The notes beneath the pieces are model-generated. The model had not been told where the DNA came from, did no database searches, and saw only the letters and a program-made list of their open reading frames with translations. From NCBI GenBank assembly GCA_034439715.1, contig JAWXAY010000042.1:1-15689 (forward strand): a stretch of DNA of 15,689 nucleotides, written 5' to 3'. Origin of the DNA: Pseudomonadota bacterium (lineage in GTDB: Bacteria > Bdellovibrionota > Bdellovibrionia > Bdellovibrionales > SG-bin7). The position numbers and the translations under genes were made by a program. Below, in pieces: positions 1-7,265 of this stretch (positions within the stretch are counted from its first letter, which is position 1; each line of letters opens with the position of its first letter).

Positions 1-65
1 AGAAACTTATTTTGTGAAAATGGCCCTTAAATCTCACCCGGTATACCCAACAAAGGGTATCAGTT

Positions 66-1004
66 TTAAAAGATTAACTCAACATTCGCTGAAATTCCCG
101 CTACGCCTTTAAAGCCATGATCTTTAGGAAACAATAGATTTGGCGAGAGCTGAGCATATAGGATTTTTTTATATAACTCGTGCCGTATTGTATAAGACAA
201 AAGATAATGGTCTAAATGATAACTTGGACGGTTTGTCGAATAAAAGGTAAAAGACGTACTGAGGCCGGTTTTTTTTGAAAGGCTTACGAGAATTTCAGGC
301 CCAAGGTTCGTAGAAAACAATCCCTGTAAGTCGAGATACTGTTGTTCAGTAATAAACCTAAATACCATCAACGGGCGAACCTGAAAATCCACATTAAAAG
401 AAGCCGCCTGTCCTGTTCCCTTCTGTGAATCCGCAAAAAATTTCAAACGAGGTCTAAAGTTATAAAATTTACTCTGGCTCGTCTGACTAAACTCCAAGAC
501 ATAGGAGGTCTGCAGGGGGTCGGACAATTCTATTCGCGGTTGAAAAGATGTTCTTACCTTTCCCAATTGGTCAAAAAAGCCAAGACTTGCTACATATTTT
601 CGCTGTCCCGGCGCACTTCCTGGTCTGTTCTTATCGAGACTTTGAAACTCGTTAGACTCAACTGTAGTAAATTTAAGTTGCCAGTACTCCTCTAAATTTG
701 GCAAACGCAAATTGAAATCAAGGTAAACGGCTTCTCTGCCCGCACCACCCTCGGACCTTTCTGCAAAACCTATTATTCTAAAGGAGGATTCATTTTTCTC
801 GCGAATAAATTTCTTGCCTGCCAAAAAAAGATCAATACTTTCTGCAAAGTCGTCTATTTTATCGGCTATGGCCACATTAGTTTCTAAGGCACCCTGCTCA
901 AATTTTTCCATAGCTGTTGGCTCAACTATTTTTTTTGGAGCTGCCTCAACTCCATATTCGAAAAAAAACAAAAAGAGGCTGACTTTTAACAAGCGGCGCT
1001 TCAT
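66..1004 (-). CDS. Hypothetical secreted protein, probable outer-membrane beta-barrel
   Basis: 312-aa ORF. Signal peptide MKRRLLKVSLFLFFFEYGVEA, many alternating hydrophobic/polar strands, and C-terminal strand GISANVELIF ending in Phe (BAM beta-signal-like). Confidence 0.7.
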   Translation of the reverse strand: MKRRLLKVSLFLFFFEYGVEAAPKKIVEPTAMEKFEQGALETNVAIADKIDDFAESIDLFLAGKKFIREKNESSFRIIGFAERSEGGAGREAVYLDFNLRLPNLEEYWQLKFTTVESNEFQSLDKNRPGSAPGQRKYVASLGFFDQLGKVRTSFQPRIELSDPLQTSYVLEFSQTSQSKFYNFRPRLKFFADSQKGTGQAASFNVDFQVRPLMVFRFITEQQYLDLQGLFSTNLGPEILVSLSKKTGLSTSFTFYSTNRPSYHLDHYLLSYTIRHELYKKILYAQLSPNLLFPKDHGFKGVAGISANVELIF

Positions 1005-1036
1005 AATTTAAAATCTAGCCTAAGACTCGAGGGAAA

Positions 1037-1666
1037 GTGAACATTTATTATATTTTATTTCTGCTTATTCTGACAACTTTTAGGCAAGTTAGCCATGCGC
1101 ATATTCCTAGCGAAGGCAAAGTGAGTGCAACACTTGCCGGAATGGCCGAAATTGGCATTGAAACTACTGCGGGAGTTCGCCGACCCGTTTTTGGTGGCGC
1201 GGGCCTCATTGTTGAAGGTGACATTAGCAGCAATGGTGGTATTGAGCTTTCACTACTTTATACGACCAACCAATACGCCCTTGAGAAAGAAGGCAACTTA
1301 CTTGTAGAGCGTGTTAATCGAATGTACGTTCCCCTCGGCTATCGCTATTGGTTTTCAAGTAAATTTTCTGGTGGCCTTGGTTTTTTCTCGGCCTATAAAA
1401 TGGGGCGAGTCGATGAAATCTTCAGATCATCTAGTTTATCCCCCCTAGCCAAAACATCGGCTTATGATACTACTGAATATGGCGTGGATTTTTCTATAGG
1501 TTACGATTTTAAGACCTCTAAAAAATACGCAATAACTTTTGATGCACGCTATTCTTGGCCCGTGACTGATAAGCAGTTTGAAGAAGCGAGCCAATACTTA
1601 ATTTTAATTGGTCTGAAATATGAAGTTCAGCGAAAAGAAAAACCCAAGAAGGAACAATTACGATGA
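1037..1666 (+). CDS. Probable small outer-membrane beta-barrel (OmpA/OmpW-like membrane domain)
   Basis: GTG start with GAGGG at 1029-1033. Signal peptide ending VSHA. Strand motifs YVPLGYRYWF, YGVDFSIGYDF, ITFDARYSW, LILIGLKYEV. Stop overlaps next ATG (ATGA). Confidence 0.72.
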   Translation: MNIYYILFLLILTTFRQVSHAHIPSEGKVSATLAGMAEIGIETTAGVRRPVFGGAGLIVEGDISSNGGIELSLLYTTNQYALEKEGNLLVERVNRMYVPLGYRYWFSSKFSGGLGFFSAYKMGRVDEIFRSSSLSPLAKTSAYDTTEYGVDFSIGYDFKTSKKYAITFDARYSWPVTDKQFEEASQYLILIGLKYEVQRKEKPKKEQLR

Positions 1667-3627
1667 TTAGTTTATTATTTTCTAAAATTCTTTTTATAGG
1701 TACCTACACCCTTACAGCCAGTTTAGCGGCCACTGAATATAAAGGCTTGGGCACTGAGTCTGTGTCCAAAGATACCATCGCGAAATTTACCCCCAAAACC
1801 TTGACACCTGAGGTTTCAAGCCTCCTCGAAAAAATTCTTGATATCCGCGTACCGGCAGGAGACTTTATTACAAGTGACGGCAAGACACTATTTTTTAGTT
1901 GGTCGGTCACGGGCACCGTTCAGATCTGGCGCAGTAATGGCCCTAAGAATTTTCCTGTTCAAATGACCGGAGGCGAAGATCCCAGCAATCTTGTAGGATT
2001 GACTCCTGATAACAAATATTTGGTTTTATCGCGCGATCGCAGAGGTGAAGAGAATCCAGGTCTCTATCTACAAAGCGTCAACGGTGGCGAGCTTGTTGCC
2101 GTTCAACACAAAGCCAAAGTTCAGACAGTTTATAGCGGAGTCACGACTGATTCAAAATATATTTATTATCGATCAAACGACATTGCGCCTGATTCTTATG
2201 CCATTTATAAATATGACATTATTAGAAAGTCGCGGGAGCTTTTGTTTTCACAACCGGGAATTTGGTTTGTCGCCGATCAAAAACTGGAGAGCCAAAGCAA
2301 TAGCGCCCAATTACTTTTGGGCAAGGCTAAAGGTGCCACCTGGATTGAATATTATCTGTTTAATGAAGCTGACAAAAAACTGACTCCCCTCATTGGTCAG
2401 GATGAAAACCAAGAGTACGAAGTGAACTTTTCTGCCAAAAAGAATCAGTATTTAGTACTGACCAATAAATTTAGTGAGTTTCGAAAAATATATAGCTGGG
2501 ATTTAGCCACAAAAAAATATCAGGTCATTTCTCCCGAAATCAACTGGGATATTTCTGAGATTTCTGTCGATCGCAATCACACTAGGGCGACGTTCGAAAT
2601 TAACGAAGGCGGTTACACGCGCATCGGAGCCATTGATTTAAGTACACTTAAACAATTAACGATGCCAAAGTTTAAAGACTACGATCATGTGAGATTTGGC
2701 ACAACAAGTGCCAACTCAAAATTCACTATTATCGACAGCGAAAAATACAATGAATTAGGAACCAGCCATGTTTACAATTGGCAAACCAAGAAAATGGAAG
2801 TGTGGGTCACACCAAGTGCCCCCGAGCTCAATGTCGCAAACTACGTGAAGGCACAGTTAGAATATTATGTGGCTCAGGACGGCACCAAAATCCCGATGTT
2901 TGTGCGCAGACCTCCTCAGTGTAACGATGCCGTCTGCCCTGTGATTGTGGATTTTCATGGAGGGCCCGAAGGGCAATCAATTCCCGGTTTCAACCGTTTC
3001 GCTCAGCTCTTTGTTGACCGAGGTTTTATTTATGTAGAACCCAATGTACGGGGCAGTGATGGCTACGGAAAAACTTGGTTTCACGCTGATGACGGCGCCA
3101 AGCGCCTCAATGTAATTGGTGACATCGCCGATTGCGGAAAATATATAAAAAAAACCTGGGCTAAAAATGGCGTTACACCCAAAGTGGGCATAAAGGGTGG
3201 CAGCTATGGGGGCTATTCCACGTTGATGGGTATGACGCGTTTTGCTGGAGTCTATGACGCCGGTGCCTCGGGTGTAGGGATGAGTAACCTTGTTACTTTT
3301 CTCACTAACACAGCTCCTTACAGACGAATTTTAAGGGTATCTGAGTATGGCGATCTTGAAAAAGATCATCAAGCCTTGGTGGATTTATCGCCAATGACTT
3401 ACCTCAACCAAATTCGCGATCCCCTTTTAGTTTTACAAGGCGTTAACGACCCTCGAGTACCTGTGGGTGAAGCTCTACAGATTTTTGAAAGCTTGAAAAC
3501 AAAGGGTATAGCGTCAGAACTTATTTTATTTCCTGATGAGGGTCATGGCATTGCCAAGCGTGCTAACCGCGTTTTGCAAATGGGGCACACGCTGGCCTTT
3601 TTTGAAAAACATTTAAAGGGGAAATAA
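1663..3627 (+). CDS. Secreted S9 family peptidase (prolyl oligopeptidase / acylaminoacyl peptidase-like)
   Basis: Signal peptide, propeller-like N-terminal region, then HGGPE, PNVRGSDGYGK, nucleophile motif GGSYGG, Asp in QGVNDPRV, His in DEGHG. Confidence 0.95.
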   Translation: MISLLFSKILFIGTYTLTASLAATEYKGLGTESVSKDTIAKFTPKTLTPEVSSLLEKILDIRVPAGDFITSDGKTLFFSWSVTGTVQIWRSNGPKNFPVQMTGGEDPSNLVGLTPDNKYLVLSRDRRGEENPGLYLQSVNGGELVAVQHKAKVQTVYSGVTTDSKYIYYRSNDIAPDSYAIYKYDIIRKSRELLFSQPGIWFVADQKLESQSNSAQLLLGKAKGATWIEYYLFNEADKKLTPLIGQDENQEYEVNFSAKKNQYLVLTNKFSEFRKIYSWDLATKKYQVISPEINWDISEISVDRNHTRATFEINEGGYTRIGAIDLSTLKQLTMPKFKDYDHVRFGTTSANSKFTIIDSEKYNELGTSHVYNWQTKKMEVWVTPSAPELNVANYVKAQLEYYVAQDGTKIPMFVRRPPQCNDAVCPVIVDFHGGPEGQSIPGFNRFAQLFVDRGFIYVEPNVRGSDGYGKTWFHADDGAKRLNVIGDIADCGKYIKKTWAKNGVTPKVGIKGGSYGGYSTLMGMTRFAGVYDAGASGVGMSNLVTFLTNTAPYRRILRVSEYGDLEKDHQALVDLSPMTYLNQIRDPLLVLQGVNDPRVPVGEALQIFESLKTKGIASELILFPDEGHGIAKRANRVLQMGHTLAFFEKHLKGK

Positions 3628-3630
3628 ATT

Positions 3631-4455
3631 TTAACGATCAAAACTTAACATATGGATCGTCTCAATTTCACCTTGAGATAACTCGAAATCGAAAATTTTT
3701 AAATCTTCTTTCATGTGCTCTTCATCAGATGTGCCGGTAAGAGGCAAAATACCAATTTGCCGAGCAAAACGAAAAACGATCTGTTCTGACGTCACCTGAT
3801 GGCGCTTGGTAATTTCGAGGAGCCGGCGATTGGAAAATAAAAAACTATTTGCCGTCAGTAGCGAAAACCCTTGATAGATAATACCATGGCTCAGACAAAA
3901 TTCTCTGACTGAAATATCCCAACCTCTTTCAGCATAACAGCGATTTTGTACAATCATGGGTTTAATTTTTGATTTTTGCATGAGCTCTTCGAGCTGTTGA
4001 ATCCCTATATTGCTCACGCCAATCATTTTAATTTGCCCTGATTTATGAAGCTCTTCGATGGCGGTCCAAACTTCCCAATCAGTGTTGTCGATTCCCACTG
4101 CTGAGTTGGGTCCATGTAAAAGATAAGAATCAATATAATCGGTATGGAGATTTTTTAGAGAACTCGCGAAAGAAGCTTGAACTTGTTTGGTGAAACTATC
4201 GTTAGGATCATAAGGAAGCCGGTGATCCTGCCCGCGCTGATAAGTGAACTTGGTTTGCAAAAAAAGAGACTCGCGTTTGATACCTTTGCTCGCTAACTCC
4301 AAAAGAGCGTCACCGACATAGTCCTCACGATAATGTTTTTTTTGATTGGCGGTATCAATGGCCTTGAAACCCGCCAACACTGCCTTTTGGGTGAGGGCTG
4401 AGGTTGCGGCTTCTTTCCAAGCTGTTCCGTAAATAAAATTAGGAAGGCTGCTCAT
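3631..4455 (-). CDS. Aldo/keto reductase
   Basis: YGTAW, IDTANQKKHY (catalytic Asp/Tyr), LQTKF (Lys), DYIDSYLLHGP (His), IGVSN, and C-terminal PLTGTS..HMKEDL..FDFELS. Confidence 0.93.
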   Translation of the reverse strand: MSSLPNFIYGTAWKEAATSALTQKAVLAGFKAIDTANQKKHYREDYVGDALLELASKGIKRESLFLQTKFTYQRGQDHRLPYDPNDSFTKQVQASFASSLKNLHTDYIDSYLLHGPNSAVGIDNTDWEVWTAIEELHKSGQIKMIGVSNIGIQQLEELMQKSKIKPMIVQNRCYAERGWDISVREFCLSHGIIYQGFSLLTANSFLFSNRRLLEITKRHQVTSEQIVFRFARQIGILPLTGTSDEEHMKEDLKIFDFELSQGEIETIHMLSFDR

Positions 4456-4521
4456 ACCTGAAATCTAATCTTTTTTCTCGTAAGGTGCCAGCCCCTAAAC
4501 GAGAATTCTTTCCTAACGAGA

Positions 4522-6078
4522 TCAAGAGCTGCATGAAAGAGCAGAGCAGCCTGCTCGAGTGCGGGCCCATTCAGGCCTTTTCTCGGCAAACCGAATAAAT
4601 TCAAGGCTATCATCATATGGCTTCCTTATAACTTTTAATAGGGCATCGAGCGGAGCAAGGTCGCCGTTCTCTGCCGATTCAATGGCCTCATGGGCCAAGT
4701 AATTTCGCAAAATGTACTTTGGGTTGGCTTTGTTCATTATGTTTTTACGGGCTTCTGGTTCAATAGAATCCTGCAAAACTATTCGGCAATAATTTTTGAG
4801 CCACAAAAGTAACTGACTCGATATCTCACTAGATATCTCAGCGGAGTAAAATGCCGAAAGCAATGATGTCAGCGAGGGATCGTGCAGCTCGACATCTGTA
4901 AGATTTCGATAAAAAATAGTCGTGTCGATTTCTGTAAGACGTAACACCCTATCTAAATCAGTGAGAATATCTGCACTGACTTGCTTCAGCCCCAATTTTT
5001 GTGACATCATTTCAAGATAGGTTCTATTAAAAACTGTTTCGTATAATTCAAGTCCCGAAGAGAAAACCTCAGGATTGGTGACAAGTGGTCCTAAACTATT
5101 TGCCAGCTGAGCGAGATTCCAGAGGGCTACCGCAGGCTGATTGCCAAAACTGTATCGTCGATTTTTGAAATCGGTGGTGTTGGGTGTCCAATCAGGATCA
5201 TAAACATCAAGCCAGCCATAAGGTCCATAATCAATCGTAAGTCCCAATATCGACATATTATCGGTATTCATCACCCCGTGTACAAATCCCACTTTTTGCC
5301 AATGAACCATGAGTATTGCCGTCCGACGGCAAATCTCTTCGAACCACCGAACGTACGTAACTTCGCTCGGCAAACCCAATTCGCTAAAATAATTCTGAAT
5401 AATAAAGTCCGCTAGTTTTTTAAGATTGGTCACATCTCCGCGAGCGGTAAATATTTCGAAATTTCCAAAGCGCACAAAGCTGGGTGCCATTCGGCAGACG
5501 ATAGCGCCGGGCTCTTCTCGAGGATTTCCATCATAAAACATATCTCGAGTAACCCTTTCACCCGTCGAAACTAAACTAAGCGCCCGAGTAGTTGGTCCAC
5601 CTAAATAATACATAGCCTCGCTACATAAAAATTCTCTAACTGAAGAACGTAAAACCGCACGTCCATCACTGTTTCGAGAATAGGGAGTAGGACCGGCCCC
5701 TTTAAGCTGAAATTCCCAACGTTCCCCTCTGCTACTTAAAATTTCACCTAATGTAATAACTCGTCCATCTCCCAACTGCCCAGCCCAATGCCCAAACTGG
5801 TGTCCACCATAACAGGCCGCGTAAGGCTTCATGCTTGGTAAAATAAGATTTCCGGCGAGCAGATCTATGTCAGTGCTTTTGTCATGAGGCTTAGTAAGGT
5901 TAAATTTTTCAGCCAAATCATCAGACCAGGCCAATAGCTTTGGTTTTGCTACAGGTGACGGATGAACAATAGAGTAACAGGCGTTTTTTACTTCGCGAGA
6001 AATATTTAAGGAGCTCACATCACCCGGTAAACTACGCACAAAGAAATCATCAATAAAAGCCCTGCACATTTCCTGCAT
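4522..6078 (-). CDS. selO: Protein adenylyltransferase SelO/YdiU (Cys form)
   Basis: YGGHQFG, GQLGDGR, QLKGAGPTPYSR..DGRAVLRSS, PTTRAL, RFGNFE, GFVHGVMNTDNMSILGLTIDYGPYG, NPKYILRNY, and C-terminal CSALSCSS. Confidence 0.97.
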   Translation of the reverse strand: MQEMCRAFIDDFFVRSLPGDVSSLNISREVKNACYSIVHPSPVAKPKLLAWSDDLAEKFNLTKPHDKSTDIDLLAGNLILPSMKPYAACYGGHQFGHWAGQLGDGRVITLGEILSSRGERWEFQLKGAGPTPYSRNSDGRAVLRSSVREFLCSEAMYYLGGPTTRALSLVSTGERVTRDMFYDGNPREEPGAIVCRMAPSFVRFGNFEIFTARGDVTNLKKLADFIIQNYFSELGLPSEVTYVRWFEEICRRTAILMVHWQKVGFVHGVMNTDNMSILGLTIDYGPYGWLDVYDPDWTPNTTDFKNRRYSFGNQPAVALWNLAQLANSLGPLVTNPEVFSSGLELYETVFNRTYLEMMSQKLGLKQVSADILTDLDRVLRLTEIDTTIFYRNLTDVELHDPSLTSLLSAFYSAEISSEISSQLLLWLKNYCRIVLQDSIEPEARKNIMNKANPKYILRNYLAHEAIESAENGDLAPLDALLKVIRKPYDDSLEFIRFAEKRPEWARTRAGCSALSCSS

Positions 6079-6100
6079 GGACTTTTAATACCACGAGTTT

Positions 6101-6595
6101 CTATTCTTTGCAGGTTTGTTTAAAGAGTTGTTCGCGCTTTTCGGCAGCGCAGCCCTTGTTTAAAGTGTTATCTTTTAAGGCCTCGCACATTTCTTTAGTA
6201 GTCTTGAATACGAGTTTACCCGTTTCGCAGCCATTTTCATCGCTAAAGCTATAAGATTTAGGAGCTGCTTTTTCGGTAACAACAGGTTTCGCAGCATAGG
6301 GATTAGTTTCTTTAAAAGTCTGACCTTTACAGTCGCTCTCGAATTTCACTTTTCTCTCCAAGAGAGCACAGCCTTTGTTTAGTGTAGAATCTTGTAGGCC
6401 AACACAAAGCGCTTGATTTGATTCAAATCCCTGTTTAGCCTCGCAACCTCTAAGGTTAAACTCGTAATCTAGGCGCCCGGTCTTATTTACAGCCGTATCG
6501 CTTTTTTTCGTTCCCGTGCGGTCTCTTTTACGTGTATTGCACGCCGAAACCGCTAATATCAAACTGAGTAATATAACTAGATTTGTTGTTTTCAC
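6101..6595 (-). CDS. Lipoprotein with two copies of a 4-Cys ~47-aa domain
   Basis: GTG start with AAGGAG SD (6601-6606). Lipobox VSA-C19. Cys at 51/64/76/89 and 123/137/149/162, both copies sharing GCE and TLNKGCA. Confidence 0.85.
   Translation of the reverse strand: MKTTNLVILLSLILAVSACNTRKRDRTGTKKSDTAVNKTGRLDYEFNLRGCEAKQGFESNQALCVGLQDSTLNKGCALLERKVKFESDCKGQTFKETNPYAAKPVVTEKAAPKSYSFSDENGCETGKLVFKTTKEMCEALKDNTLNKGCAAEKREQLFKQTCKE
6107..6466 (-). repeat. Intragenic duplication of a Cys-rich domain (copies ~6326-6466 and ~6107-6253)
   Basis: YEFNLRGCEAKQGFESNQALCVGLQDSTLNKGCALLERKVKFESDCK aligns with YSFSDENGCETGKLVFKTTKEMCEALKDNTLNKGCAAEKREQLFKQTCK. Confidence 0.9.
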
Positions 6596-6697
6596 AAAAA
6601 CTCCTTAACAAAAATGGTTCGCCACTTGCGCAATAAACGTCGCTAGGTGCGGTCAAATCGGCCGCTAATGGCCTTTAGACTCTCACGGCATATATAA

Positions 6698-6715
6698 TAG
6701 CAAGGGCTGTGCCTA
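6698..6715 (-). promoter_or_regulatory. Putative sigma-54 (-24/-12) promoter
   Basis: Minus strand reads TAGGCACAGCCCTTGCTA: GG-N10-GC with GGCAC and TTGCT matching the RpoN consensus TGGCAC-N5-TTGCW. It lies about 100 nt upstream of the 6595 start. Confidence 0.7.
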
Positions 6716-6779
6716 TCGATAGGAGTTTTTTCAACACTATTGAAATCGCACTCGTATTCAGATAAAACTGTCTGAATTT

Positions 6780-7265
6780 ATGAAAATAGCGCTAAGGACC
6801 ACCCTATTGATTCTCCTGACATTCGCAGTTTCCTGCCTTAAAACTGGGGGAAGGACCGGGGGCGTGGGTATAACCGCTATTAATTTAGAATCCTCACTTC
6901 CAAATGGACGCTGGGAAGGCACAGGGCGCACCTCGTCTGACGGGATTGAATCTGAGTCTGAAATGATCCTAATTATTGATGACAACGAAATCACCGAAGA
7001 TTTTTTTACGCAAGGGCAATCACGCTTCGCCGTTCATAGACTCAGTTATGTAAAAAAGGGCGAACCCCAGTGGTTAGATCAACAAAATTTATTGAAGGGC
7101 GAATGCCAATGTTTTTCAAAAACTTGTCATTGCTTTTCTGACGATGGCCAGGGAACAAAACACCAAATGTCACTTAGCTTTTCTGCGCGAGAGCTCAACC
7201 TTGAGCAGTCGGGTGAAGTAAATCAAATTAAATATCACAACGTCTATAAGCTGAGAATCAAGTAG
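6780..7265 (+). CDS. Hypothetical lipoprotein, beta-rich (possibly lipocalin-like), with a Cys cluster
   Basis: MKIALRTTLLILLTFAVS-C lipobox, GRWEGTG strand, CQC-x4-CHC cluster. Overlaps the convergent ABC-F gene by 8 nt. Confidence 0.7.
   Translation: MKIALRTTLLILLTFAVSCLKTGGRTGGVGITAINLESSLPNGRWEGTGRTSSDGIESESEMILIIDDNEITEDFFTQGQSRFAVHRLSYVKKGEPQWLDQQNLLKGECQCFSKTCHCFSDDGQGTKHQMSLSFSARELNLEQSGEVNQIKYHNVYKLRIK

Noticed and set aside
43..60. ATACCC-N6-GGGTAT hairpin as a terminator for the 66..1004 gene
   Set aside because: Weak 6-bp stem with no U-tract on the minus strand.
4471..4492. TGGCAC on the minus strand upstream of AKR as a sigma-54 site
   Set aside because: No TTGC/GC at the -12 position (reads TGGCACCTTACGAGAA).
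4513..4533. selO TGA as selenocysteine (readthrough would give CSS-U-SR-stop)
   Set aside because: The Sec-equivalent position is the Cys (TGC) of the terminal CSS, which is the normal family ending. The TGA is an ordinary stop.
5590..5604. SelO LGGPTTRAL where I recall LG(I/V)PTTRAL
   Set aside because: A single substitution (GGA vs GTA) outside the catalytic motifs. It could be a variant or a base-call error.
6686..6702. Plus-strand GGCA...GC as a second sigma-54 promoter
   Set aside because: GG-to-GC spacing is 11 rather than 10, and there is no TTGC.
7104..7133. CQC...TCH as a heme c motif
   Set aside because: No CxxCH: the sequence is SKTCH.
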